From Octopus bimaculoides (taxonomy: Eukaryota), in the NCBI RefSeq assembly GCF_001194135.2, contig NC_068983.1:80228264-80292263 (forward strand): 64,000 bases of DNA, written 5' to 3'. The translations under genes and the position numbers were made by a program. Below are positions 28,414 through 40,988 of this stretch, piece by piece. The notes beneath the pieces are model-generated. The model was given only the letters and a program-made list of their open reading frames with translations. It was not told where the DNA came from and searched no databases. Each line of letters begins with the position of its first letter. Position 1 is the first letter of the stretch.

Positions 28414-28685
28414 TAGAAGGTTGTCTGTTATGGCCAGTCAGAGACTGACTATTGGTTTTGCACCTATAAAATGCTTTACTGTATAGGCAACTGGTCAGGC
28501 TCAAATGATCAGAGGCACATAACCTCTCTACAACTCCAGTCATAAAAAAAAAAGAAAGAAAAGAGTTGTAGTGAGGTTATGTACTTCTGACCATTTGAAT
28601 CTGATGAGTCACCTATACAGCTAAGCACTTTATAGGTGCAAAACCAATGGTCACTCTCTGACTGGCCATAACAAACAACCTTCTA
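28414..28685. mobile_element. Foldback / MITE-like element with 123-bp inverted arms and a 26-bp spacer
   Basis: Arms 28414-28536 and 28563-28685 align without gaps with 16 mismatches by my count (about 87%). TA at both ends, next to (TA)n. Confidence 0.85.
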
Positions 28686-29433
28686 TATATATATATATAT
28701 GTTTATATTGATTTCAGTAGCTAAACATTAAACTGAATATATACATTCTCACAAGTCTACAGTATTGAAATATTCTGAGTGGTTAAAACAAAACTAGATT
28801 TAAAGGGATAAATCATTTAGTTAATTGATATCTCTGGTCAATTTGTATTAATTAGTATCCTAGTTTAAAATGTTTGTTCTATCCCAGTACCCTTATTTAC
28901 CCATTATAGATATGTTGGATCATAAACCTTCCAGTGTAGTTGTTAACACACTGAAAGTGTTTTAATGTGACACTCTTTCAAATCTGAAATCAAACTATCA
29001 ATAAACTTTATTGTCTATAATTAACAAATTTCTCTCCCACAGTAGAGATAATTAAATTTGTTCTATTGAAATTAAACGTATTTAGATGTAATGTTGGTCA
29101 GTTTTAGCAAAAAAAAAAAAGAAAATAGGAGTAATTTTTCTGTTAAAGATCATACATCAGCTAAGTATTTATCATGCCCTATATGACAAAATCCCTTACA
29201 CTGCAGTTGTCTCTGATCTACTGCCTACTACTGATATGCATTTCTTTGAAGTTCTTCACCCCATTAACTCTGTTTTGCTCCATTAAGTGAAAGAAATTGA
29301 TCAATCATTCTTCTGTGTTTCCTAAATGTTATTTGGAATTTATGCTTGAAGTTAGAGTATACAACTACTAGCTTAATAATCAATACATAAATAAAACTGC
29401 CACCCTCTGGTTCTCTCTCTCTCTCCTCTCCCA

Positions 29434-29485
<52 letters not shown>

Positions 29486-30490
29486 TTACATACATACATA
29501 TTATATCTTCTCTTTTGGTTTTCTTTTTTTTCTCTAATTCATAAATAACATCAAAATATGTTCAAGGCATTTAGTAACTGAACTGTTCATTAGTGAAAGA
29601 GAATGATAAAACTGAATGAAAAGATTTTGTAAAATAATTAAAAATGTCTAAATGTATAAAATTAATATGAGGCTCAAATAAGAAAAACAATAAATACATT
29701 TTGAGTTTTCAGAAGAGTTTTTATGTTAACTATAAACATTATTATATAATGTTTATAGTTAGTTTATAGTAGGTGATATGCTTGGTTCTGTTCCAAATTC
29801 TGTTAAATATTCTTAACACTTGGTTAGCTTAAGTATAGAAAGGTAGATTAAATGAGTACATACTTTAAATTAAGAAATATAAATGACAGGAACTTAGTTT
29901 TTAAATAAACGATGAAAAATAGAATTTTGAATTAGTTTATGATCATTGAACCCAAATCTAATAAACTTTCACAAAACCTTGCAATATAATTTAAAATTTC
30001 AGTTTTTTTTATTCATTCTTTGAATCTTTTAAAATTTTCTCATAATCAGTTAATTGTAGTAGCATGTAATATTTTTTAGAAAAAATAAAGCCAAAATGAT
30101 AATTTACATGAATCCAGTCCTAAGATATATATACACTCTGTTTTACATACAAGATATGTAAGAAAATTATATACACTATGACTAAAATAAAATGTGCCAT
30201 TTTCTTGCAATGCCAGAATATTGCAGCTAATTTATCACAGAAAAAGATTGACTTAAACAATTTTTTTGAAGATTTTGTGGTTTTCATTCATATCTGCACA
30301 CATTGCAAATATAGATGTACTACAATTTCACAATTTTTTGGCAATGAAATAGGGAAGCTTAAGAGTACATAAAGAATAAACGTTTAATGATTCAGTTTTA
30401 GAATTACTTCATACATAAATACATTAAGATTTATGTTTTCTTTCTGTTAATGGTTTGAAAATAATGGTAGATGTTTGGTGGTGCATTCAC

Positions 30491-30533
<43 letters not shown>

Positions 30534-30949
30534 CTCTCTATGCATGTGTATGTGTGTGTGTGTGTGTGTTTGCTTATACATTTGTATATGTATTAGTGTA
30601 TGTATGCATATTTCTTTATTTTTCAATTATTTGCATTCTTCATATAAGGAAGAACCTAGTTTCTAGCAAAGTTCCTTTACTGGAATTTAGATTAAAAACA
30701 AAATGACTGTTATATGTTGATCTTAGAAAAGACTGGCATTTTTTTGTTGTTCTGTTTCTAGACTGTTTGTAAAGTCAATTTTAGCTGTTTACATTTTTTA
30801 CTTGAAAACTATAGTTTTTTTACATTGTTGTTTAAACATTTAATAATGTAACCAAGGACACCATCAATAATTATACGTGTGTGTGTGTGTGTGTGTGTGT
30901 ACATGCACACATATATTCACATATGCATATACATGTGAGTGAACTTTGT

Positions 30950-31182
30950 AGATGACTTCTACACAGAAGCATGTCGTGTGTGTGTGTTTGACTCTCACCA
31001 CTTTATAAACAGCTTTGATCTACTTCCATTCCTGCAACTTAGCTGTCTGACAAGAAGAGCCTGACATGATGAATACTGGATTTAAAAATTAAGTCCTGTG
31101 GTTCACTTGATCATCTAAGCTCTTCAATGCTGTCCCTTAGTGTATATTCAGAGTTCAGTGACTGAATTAAGTAAAAGAATTC
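30950..31182 (+). mobile_element. Degenerate 3' half of SINE family B
   Basis: caacttagctgtctgacaagaagag...aattaagtcctgtgg...tgactgaattaagtaaaagaat parallels 37730-37885. Confidence 0.5.
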
Positions 31183-31349
31183 TATATGTGACATTGGTTT
31201 TTCATCGATGAGTTCATAAACCTTGGTTCTTTTCCCTAATACTATATATTTATATATATTTTATACTGTGAAACTTAATTTAATTTCAATTTTTAATAAA
31301 TTGATTTTAATTGAGTTTTTACTTGTAATTTTAGATTTTATCCCTAATA

Positions 31350-31400
<51 letters not shown>

Positions 31401-32104
31401 NNNNNNNNNNNNNNNNNNNNNNNNNNNNNNNNNNNNNNNNNNNNNNNNNNNNNNNNNNNNNNNNNNNNNNNNNNNNNNNNNNNNNNNNNNNNNNNNNNNN
31501 NNNNNNNNNNNNNNNNNNNNNNNNNNNNNNNNNNNNNNNNNNNNNNNNNNNNNNNNNNNNNNNNNNNNNNNNNNNNNNNNNNNNNNNNNNNNNNNNNNNN
31601 NNNNNNNNNNNNNNNNNNNNNNNNNNNNNNNNNNNNNNNNNNNNNNNNNNNNNNNNNNNNNNNNNNNNNNNNNNNNNNNNNNNNNNNNNNNNNNNNNNNN
31701 NNNNNNNNNNNNNNNNNNNNNNNNNNNNNNNNNNNNNNNNNNNNNNNNNNNNNNNNNNNNNNNNNNNNNNNNNNNNNNNNNNNNNNNNNNNNNNNNNNNN
31801 NNNNNNNNNNNNNNNNNNNNNNNNNNNNNNNNNNNNNNNNNNNNNNNNNNNNNNNNNNNNNNNNNNNNNNNNNNNNNNNNNNNNNNNNNNNNNNNNNNNN
31901 NNNNNNNNNNNNNNNNNNNNNNNNNNNNNNNNNNNNNNNNNNNNNNNNNNNNNNNNNNNNNNNNNNNNNNNNNNNNNNNNNNNNNNNNNNNNNNNNNNNN
32001 NNNNNNNNNNNNNNNNNNNNNNNNNNNNNNNNNNNNNNNNNNNNNNNNNNNNNNNTATATATATATATATATATATGATTATATATATACTTACACAAAT
32101 GCAC

Positions 32105-32745
32105 ATGCTATCATCTCTTTTTCATGCAAACGTTTCCATGCTAGCATGGGTCTGATAGGATATGTTGAGGCAGATTTTCTTCAGTCAACTATCCTTTTTG
32201 TGTTGCCAGCCCTCACCTGCTTCCAAGCAATTAAATATTTCTCCATGCTCATACATGTTTTCACAGAAGATTGGAAACAAAAAGCAGCACATGTAAACAA
32301 CAACTTACTATTTACATCTATCACCTTCACTCACAAAGTCTTGGTCAGCCAAGAGTTATAGTACAAGACTTGTGNNNNNNNNNNCAGCCAAGAGTTATAG
32401 TACAAGACTTGTGTAAGGTGCTGCACAGTGAGACTGAACCTGAAACCATATAGATGGCAAGTGAACTTTTTAAACTCACAGCCAAACAAACATATATGTA
32501 TACATATTATATAATATATACATACGCATAAAACAGACCTCACAGGTGCTATTGTCATGTAAAACGCACTCAGCCCACTCTGTAAAGTGGTTGGTGTTAG
32601 GAAGGGCATCCAGCCATAAAAACCATATCAAAACAGGCAGTGTAGCTTGGTGCAGTCTTTTGGCATACCAGCTCCTGTCAAACCATCCAAACCCATGCCA
32701 ACATGGGAGACAGGCATAGGATGCTGATGATGATGATGATATGCA
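32105..32745. mobile_element. Cluster of three repeat fragments: family D (-), SINE B head (-), family C-type 3' end (+)
   Basis: ccatgctagcatgggt at about 32136; reverse tRNA-like head at about 32330-32490; ggttggtgttaggaagggcatccag and (GAT)n at 32590-32742. Confidence 0.65.
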
Positions 32746-34778
32746 TGGAAAAGTGGACATTGAATGGTAATATACACACAACTGATAAAAACTATTCTTA
32801 ATAATCTAAATTTCTAAAATCTGAAAACATCTGGGCTATATTTTGTTAGCTTGTTTTAAAATGTTAGTACTCAAGTGCTTTCATTGTAGTCTACATGTAT
32901 TTGAAGATGAAAATCAGATTGCACAACTGAAAAGTGTGAAATTTTATCCAGTCTTCAAAAATTTTTTAAATAAATAAACTTAGAATATGTCATATTATTT
33001 ACAGTTTAATGTTTCTGCATTGACACCAAATTATTTCTTCTACTTTAGAGTGTGTAGTATTATTTGTAATATAGGCTGAAGTTGGCTGAAGATTTCCTTG
33101 ATATAAAACTGCCATTTTGTACTAATATGTAATGTGCTTACACTAGAGTAAAATGCCTACTTTTTATTTAGATTGTTACTCCGCTTTTAAGATGTATATT
33201 GATAAAGAAAATAGATTAAAAAAAAACCTGGAAATTAAATTTTCTTAGCTGGGAAATTTAGTTAATAAGTTGTCTTCAACAGAATATTTATTTCTACTGA
33301 AAATTATCATTCTCCAAATCATTCAATTTTTTAGTTTGAGTAAAATATTTTGTGGCATTTGGGGATATCACAGTTGGTAATACTAGTATAGAATGGAATA
33401 TGCAAGAAGAGAAATATATAATGCATGATTTTTCAGTTCAAAGAGCCAGTTACATGAGTAGCAGAAACATTTCTTTTCTTTTTTTTTATTGCAAGTAATA
33501 TGTTCTTTTTCAAAATGACATTTATATCTCTTTCACAGTTTTCTGACCTTACTTTATCTATAGATGTTTGTAGTTAGTGGCCAGAGGCTATATCTTGAAA
33601 AGGATTAAATCACTTTATATTTTAATACTTTAAGTACTTCTCTTATTGATTTTATATTCTCTTCTCTGTTTTCTTCTCTTTACAAAAGACAGTACCCTTT
33701 TACAAACATCTTTCTACTTTGGTATGAGTTAGATAAGGTTATGAAGTTGTATAGCTCAAAATATTTCTTTTAATCTGTAAATGAGCTAAGAGGGTAAAAC
33801 TTACATCTATTGTCCATCTTGTTAAAACAGTCTGCTGGAGTTAGTTCATTGCTTAAGTACACTATGATTACAACATAAAATCTTCCAATGATAAAATTCA
33901 TTCTTGAAGCATACAAGATTTATTTTATTTTATAATTTGTCCATAACTTTCCACTATGCAGATGTTAGCATGAAACTTTTTATTTAGTTTTTTAAGTAGT
34001 GATTATATTTTTATTTTATTTGCTTCTGTCTATAAATCCAAATTTCTTTTGAAGATCTAAAGCAATTTTTATTCTTTCATGTTAATATTTACATTATTAA
34101 AGGTGGTGATCACAGAAATGGTATAGATACCAGACAAAATGTCTCGAGGTATTTAATTATATTCTCTGGTTAAATTAGAGGTTGACATTGGGTTCCCTCT
34201 TTTTATGGATCAATAAAGTAGTTACTAGTCAACTACTGGAGTTTAGTACTTGAATTTATTTTAACGCTATGAATTCATACAAACTTTGTGGCTTTGTGCC
34301 AATGTGAGAAATCAATTTTCTTAGCATTGGTTAATTGACCATCCATTAAATTTATTATTGTTCCTATTAATGCAATACAGGTGATCAAAGGATAGAGTCT
34401 CTCTAGAGAACATAGACTTAATATCTGTTGCAAGTAGTCCAGTCAAGCACTGGGGTTGATGTAACCAACATACCCCTAAAACTGCTGGCCTTATGCCAAA
34501 ATTTGAAACTATTATTATTGTTGTTGTTTTACTTCTCAGAGCACTCGGTCTTCTTTGCTCTGGCAGATTCTGTAAGAATAGACAGCGGCCTATTGTCAGA
34601 GGTCTCACAGGGTCACTTTCTGCACATTATAAGCTTTCATACTTGGTTGTTAATATTATCATGGGAGACATTCTACATCCAAGTACTAATCTCAAAATTC
34701 TAGCTGTCCCCAGCAGATCAGTTTTTGGGCTTGCTCTGCTCTCATGTCAATTTATTATTATTATTATTATTATTATTG

Positions 34779-35135
34779 GAAAGTGGTGAGCTGGCAGAAT
34801 TGTTAGCACACTGGGCAGAATGCATAGTGACATTTCATCCATCTTTACATTCTGAGTTCAAATTCTGCCGAGGTCAACTTTGCCTTTCATCCTTTCAGGG
34901 GTCGGTAAATTAAGTACCAGTTGTGTACTGGGGTCAATCTAATCAACTGGCCCCCTACCCCAAATTTCAGGCCTTGTGCTTAGAATAGAAAAGAATAAAT
35001 TCTCCTGAGGTCAACTTTGCCTTTCATCCTTTCAGGGTCAATAAAATAAATACCAGTTGAACACTGGGGTTGAAGTAATCAACTTTTCTCTTCCTTCAAA
35101 ATGACTGGCCGTGTGCCAAAATATGAAACCATTAT
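34779..35135 (+). mobile_element. SINE family A full copy followed by a tandem 3' partial copy
   Basis: gtggtgagctggcagaattgttagc head, gagttcaaattc B-box-like motif; the second gaggtcaactttgcctttcatcc unit starts near 35007. Confidence 0.8.
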
Positions 35136-35137
35136 TA

Positions 35138-35180
<43 letters not shown>

Positions 35181-35182
<2 letters not shown>

Positions 35183-35737
35183 GAAAACTCACAGCTTATT
35201 TTGCTGGGTATGAGTGAAGTGTCAGCAGTCTACAGCCAGCAGACAAAGGTGACACTTGTTTACTGGTCATGCTTCAAGAACCCTGCGAAGAATTCTTGCA
35301 GTTCCAAGCAATGTTGATTTTTGTAGGTGTTCTCTCTTCACACCTGCACCGATCTTTTTCAGCCATGTTGGTAATTGAGTGCTGATACTTCCAAGTGCAC
35401 CAATTACTATTGGTATCACATCTCCTCCCTTCATTGACCACAACCTTCGTATTTCCCCACTTTAAATCGTTGTAATTGTTTATTTTTTCTTCTTTCACAA
35501 TGATCCTGTTGTCACCAGGGCATGCTATGTTGATAATCATACATGTTCTTTCTTTTTTATTCACCTCAACAATGTCCAGTTTCCTATGTCTGGTCAGGTG
35601 ATCACACTGAATCATTACATCCTACAGGATTTTACAGTTCTCATTTTTGGTGACTCCCTCTGGGGTTAGTTCATACCACATCTTTGCTCTTTGTAGGCTG
35701 TGATTTCCACAAAGTTCCCAATGGATCATTCTTGCCA

Positions 35738-35740
<3 letters not shown>
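35181..35740 (-). mobile_element. R4/Dong-like RLE LINE, 5'-truncated 3' end, flanked on both sides by (TAA)n
   Basis: Minus translation VARMIHWELC...WYELTPEGVTKNENCKIL*D..IQCDH..RKLDIVEVNKKERTCMIINIACPGD. Triplet tracts at 35131-35180 and 35739-35786. Confidence 0.88.
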
Positions 35741-35786
<46 letters not shown>

Positions 35787-35788
<2 letters not shown>

Positions 35789-36090
35789 GGTGGAAAACTG
35801 GCAAAATCATTAGTGCATTGAACAAAATACTTGGTGACAGTTCTTCCTGCTGTTCATGTCTTGAGTTTAAATTCTGCCCTGGTTGACTTTGGATTGGAAA
35901 AATAAGTACTAGTTGAGCACTGGGATTGATGTAACCAACTAACCCTCTCCCACACAATTTCAAATATTGTATCCATAGCAGAAATAATTATTATCAAGGC
36001 AGCAATTTGGTAGAATCATTAATACATTGGACTAAATGCTTAGCACCAAAATTTGAAATAGTCATCATCCTCATCCTCATCATCATCTTC

Positions 36091-36121
<31 letters not shown>

Positions 36122-36800
36122 TGGTGAGTTGGCAGAATTATTACTGTGTCAGACAAAGTGCTTAGAAGCATTTCTTCCAGCTCTTTACATTCTGAGTTCA
36201 AATTCCACTGAGGTCAACTGTGCTTTTCATCTTTGCAGGGTCGACTTTGCCTTTCATTCTTTCGGAGTAGATAAATTAAGTACCAGTGAAACACTGGGGT
36301 CAGTGTAGTCGACTAGTCCCCTCTCCAAAAATTCCGGACCTTGTGCTTATAGTAGAAAGCATCGTTATTATTATTACTATTATTATTAAAGCAGTAAACT
36401 GGCTGAATCATCAGCAGCACTTCATCCATCTTCCCATTCTGAGTTCAAATTCTGCTGAGGTCAACTTTGCCCTTCATCCTTTCAGGGTCGATAAAATAAG
36501 TACCAGTTGAGTACTGGAGTCCATGTAAACAACTAGCCCCCTCCCACAAAATTTCAGGCCTTGTGTCTATAATAAAAAGGATTATTATCATCATTATTAT
36601 TATTATTGAATTTCAGAATGATCAGATTGTCAGGCAATTGCCTTGTGATATTTCCTCTAGCTCTTCAAATCCCAACAAGGTCAACTTTGTTTTCCACCCC
36701 TTCAGGGTCAATGAAATAAAGTACCGGTCGTGTATTGGGATCAGTAGGATAGATTAATTCCTTCACCCATATTACAGGCCTTGAATTTGTGTTAGAAACA

Positions 36801-36805
<5 letters not shown>
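35787..36805 (+). mobile_element. Four to five further family A SINE copies, head to tail
   Basis: Heads or cores at about 35787, 35995, 36120, 36387 and 36620, separated by (ATT)n, (CAT)n or (AGT)n tracts. Confidence 0.75.
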
Positions 36806-36830
<25 letters not shown>

Positions 36831-36831
<1 letters not shown>

Positions 36832-37885
36832 GGAGTGGCTGTGTGGTAAGTAGCTTGCTTACCGACCACATGGTTCCGGGTTCATTCCCACTGCGTGGCA
36901 CCTTGGGCAAGTGTCTTCTACTATAGCCTCGGGCCAACCAAAGCCTTCTGAGTGGATTTGGTAGACGGAAACTGAAAGAAGCCTGTCGTATATATGTATG
37001 TATATATATATATATATATATATANNNNNNNNNNNNNNNNNNNNNNNNNNNNNNNNNNNNNNNNNNNNNNNNNNNNNNNNNNNNNNNNNNNNNNNNNNNN
37101 NNNNNNNNNNNNNNNNNNNNNNNNNNNNNNNNNNNNNNNNNNNNNNNNNNNNNNNNNNNNNNNNNNNNNNNNNNNNNNNNNNNNNNNNNNNNNNNNNNNN
37201 NNNNNNNNNNNNNNNNNNNNNNNNNNNNNNNNNNNNNNNNNNNNNNNNNNNNNNNNNNNNNNNNNNNNNNNNNNNNNNNNNNNNNNNNNNNNNNNNNNNN
37301 NNNNNNNNNNNNNNNNNNNNNNNNNNNNNNNNNNNNNNNNNNNNNNNNNNNNNNNNNNNNNNNNNNNNNNNNNNNNNNNNNNNNNNNNNNNNNNNNNNNN
37401 NNNNNNNNNNNNNNNNNNNNNNNNNNNNNNNNNNNNNNNNNNNNNNNNNNNNNNNNNNNNNNNNNNNNNNNNNNNNNNNNNNNNNNNNNNNNNNNNNNNN
37501 NNNNNNNNNNNNNNNNNNNNNNNNNNNNNNNNNNNNNNNNNNNNNNNNNNNNNNNNNNNNNNNNNNNNNNNNNNNNNNNNNNNNNNNNNNNNNNNNNNNN
37601 NNNNNNNNNTATATATATATATATATACATATATATACATATATATATATATATATGTGTGTGTGTGTATATGTTTGTGTCTGTGTCCCCCCAACATCGC
37701 TTGACAACCGATGGTGGTGTGTTTAAGTTCCCGTAACTTAGTGGTTCGGCAAAAGAGACCGATAGAATAAGTACTAAGCATCCAAAGAATAAGTCCTGGG
37801 GTCGATTTGCTCGACTAAAGGCGGTGCTCCAGCATGGCCACAATCAAATGACTGAAACAAGTAAAAGAGTAAAGAGTAAAAGAGT
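36831..37885 (+). mobile_element. SINE family B (tRNA-derived head, internal TA/TG microsatellite spanning an N-gap, AAGAGT tail)
   Basis: A-box-like TGGCTGTGTGG (36836), B-box-like GGTTCATTCCC (36879), cttgggcaagtgtctt core. Colinear with 61511-61915. Confidence 0.85.
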
Positions 37886-37889
37886 ATAA

Positions 37890-38093
37890 TTAAGATGATG
37901 AGCTGGCAGAATTGTTAGCATGCTGGGTAAAATGCTTAGCAGCATTTTGTCCATTTTTACATTCTTTGTCCAAATTCCACTGAGGCCAACTTTACTTTTC
38001 ACCCTTTCAGAGCCAATAAAATAAGTATTAGTTAAGTACTAGGGTCTATGTAATAGACTTACCCACCCTCAAAACTGCTGGCCTTTTGCCAAA

Positions 38094-38130
<37 letters not shown>
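37890..38130 (+). mobile_element. SINE family A copy whose (TTA)n tail abuts the exon 4 acceptor
   Basis: gatgagctggcagaattgttagc head; the tail ends about 22 nt before the AG at 38151-38152. Confidence 0.8.
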
Positions 38131-38132
<2 letters not shown>

Positions 38133-38152
38133 TCCATCTTTTTTTTCTGCAG

Positions 38153-38274
38153 TTCGATTTGCACCAATTCGACCACCTCAGCTGAAGATGTTTCCAATCA
38201 AATTTGAAATTCCTCACAGTGAAGGGAAATCTGTTTTTATTGGAAGAGAGTGGCTCTTCAAAGAAATAGAAATG
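38153..38274 (+). CDS. TANC2: TANC exon 4: RFAPIRPPQLKMFPIKFEIPHSEGKSVFIGREWLFKEIEM
   Basis: ctgcag acceptor, gtaagt donor at 38275, phase 1/0. Matches TANC RFAPYKP...SVFVGRDWLF. Confidence 0.92.
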
Positions 38275-38682
38275 GTAAGTATGCGAAGAGGTAAAAAATA
38301 ACCCCTATTGTTGCATATGTAATCCTTTAGGAGAAAGCATAAATATCCGAATTTCCCACTTACATTGCTCAAGCAGAATGTGGTTTCTTATTTATGTAAA
38401 GCACACATTGCATAATTAACCAGGGAGTTGTTACTAGGTTGGAGTGTAATCTCCTTCAAATCACACTGTATTGTCTTAAAAGGAAAGGAGACATTAGATG
38501 ATGTAGTCCCAGATAAGTTTTGTCGCAAAAAGTGAAAAAGTCATGGCTGGAATGTCTTTCATTAGATATCTGCTTTATAAAAGCTGACATGATGCTAAAC
38601 AACCAAGCAACACATACACCATATAAATACACACACACACACACACACATGGCATGTATGTGTGTGTGTTGGTGTTTGTATG

Positions 38683-38753
<71 letters not shown>

Positions 38754-39713
38754 GCATGAAATAAATATCCTATACATCGCAAAGTTTTAACTCTATTCTG
38801 TAATTGAAGATTGAATTAACATATGATCAGATATAACTAATATATACTTACAATTGCACACACACACTCTCACACACAATCATTTCGATTTTCAATGCTG
38901 CTCTAAACGGCAAGTATCTGCACTGCAATACTGCATCGTTGCAACCATCTAAACCCTATGTTGTCTCATGTGTGATAACAATTTAACTTTATACCTTTCT
39001 TGTCATAGTTGCCCCAATAGAAGTTCAATGTTAAAATTCAATTTGAAATGACAAAGTGGCTTTTCAGCTTAAATTTATTTGAGAGTTGAAACTCCTGTGG
39101 AGTACTTATTCATGAGAATAGTGCCTCAAGCAAATTTATTAGAGCATTTTACATTCCATTCAGAATGATTCCACATCAAAAATGCTGCTCCTTTGGAATA
39201 CTACTATTATGTATACTATTGCTTCTATCTTCACAGCAGTTTTTCATCTTGTTTGTATAATGCATTCACATTACATGCCTATCCTTACATGAACTTTCTT
39301 TGCTTAGATTATAATTTAAATTTAGGTTCTTTTTTTCAATACATTTACATCCAGCTACAAAGAGTAATTGTCTTTCATCATCTGCATCATCATTGGTTCT
39401 ACATCTACAGTGTTAATATATTAGAAATACCATGGAAAATCCCTTCACACTTTAAAATATAGTCTGCAAATTGACCATGTAAATGGAATCTTTTTTTTTT
39501 TGTTCTTTTTTTTTTTTGGCATTTCAACTTGAATAGAGCATGCTGGAATATAAGCCAATAAATGTTATTTGATCTAAATGTTTTGTTTTTTTTAATAACA
39601 AGCTGATATTTTTAATAAGTGGATAAAATTCTGGACCAACAAAGGATTAAATTTTTGAATCAACAAAATAGATTTATNNNNNNNNNNNNNNNNNNNNNNN
39701 NNNNNNNNNNNNN

Positions 39714-39749
<36 letters not shown>

Positions 39750-40843
39750 CATACACACACATATATATACATCATAATTCAATTTTTGTCTACTCTTATT
39801 ACCAGCAGATGTAGTGTTCTAGATATTTGACACACATTTTTAAAGCATGCACTCATAAACATAACCTCTTGGGAGGATGTTTTTACACTTCTTTTGTAAT
39901 GGAAATTCTGAATTGTTATCACGCATTCTCATCTCAGTTTTATCAGTATAACCTATTGGTAGACATAGCAAAGTGCTTTATCATCTTAGCTACTGAACAA
40001 AAGTAAAACTAAGTGGCTTTATCAAAAATTCAATACAAGCATCTACAGTAGAGTACAAGCTGAAAAGTTTATCAACTGCTGTAAAAATTATATAAATATA
40101 AAACAAAAAAAAAATTGTAAAATGAAATAAAGACCATAAATTCATGAGAAACAGTTCAAAGCTTCTGGAAGTCTATTGGTGTAAACATAATTGAGAAAGT
40201 AAGGAAGAGGTGAGAAAAGTTAAGGGAGCTGTTGCCATTGTTGTTAGTAGTTCCTCTTTCCATGAAAAAACTAAATTGTATGATGCATGTATTGGAAGTG
40301 TGATGTTGATTGGTTGTTGAAACTTGGATAAGTTGGCAGTATAATACTAATTAGTGTAAATGACAGAACAAAGGTGAACTGAAAAAATAGGTAATAATGG
40401 CCAAAACCAATATACATAAGAGTGATAGTTACAATGGGAAAAAAAATTGGTGATGAGTAAACACAATCTTGAGAAACGCAAAAAAAGTGGTGAAATTAGA
40501 TCTCAGGCCACTGGGTCTTATAGATGACAAAATATTACCAGACATTATACAACCTGATTTACACATAACACCATAGAAAATGTTGATGAAGATTTCTTTC
40601 TATTTTTACTTGAATCATTTTTTTTATACAAATAAAACTGACCAAAATTAAATTTTAGTTTGTCTATGAAAATAATTTTTCCTTTGCTTCATTAGAATGA
40701 TTAAGCATGGATGTTTCTTAAAATTAGATGAACAAATATCATGGGGAAGTTTATATCCAACTTGATTTAATTCCATTTTCTTCCACAAACAAATTCAATT
40801 TGGAATACACTTCTATTACTTTTTTAATTTTCTTTTTGAAAAG

Positions 40844-40988
40844 GCCTTGAACAGTGAATGGTCCAGTCAGACACAAGGAGTTGTACTCCAAGGAGATGTT
40901 GGTAGTGGGAAGACAGCAGTAATAGAACAACTTCTTGAATACAGTTGCTTTGGAAATAAAACCCAAGGACCTACTTTAATTAATGGAG
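40844..40988 (+). CDS. TANC2: TANC exon 5 with Walker A (GVVLQGDVGSGKTAVIEQL)
   Basis: aag acceptor ending 40843, gtaagt donor at 40989, 145 nt, phase 0/1. Not in the ORF track because it has no start codon. Confidence 0.92.

Noticed and set aside
31223-32155. Long ORFs of 230-390 aa at 31223-32155, 36665-37843 and 55662-56168
   Set aside because: They are artefacts of translating through N-gaps and microsatellites.
32346-32413. Direct repeat cagccaagagttatagtacaagacttgtg on both sides of a 10-N gap
   Set aside because: An exact duplication across a placeholder gap indicates unmerged contig overlap.
36831-36900. Possible tRNA gene (A-box and B-box-like motifs)
   Set aside because: There is no complete cloverleaf, and it continues into a dispersed SINE body seen several times in the window.
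40751-40966. 71-aa minus-strand ORF
   Set aside because: It is the antisense shadow of TANC exon 5.
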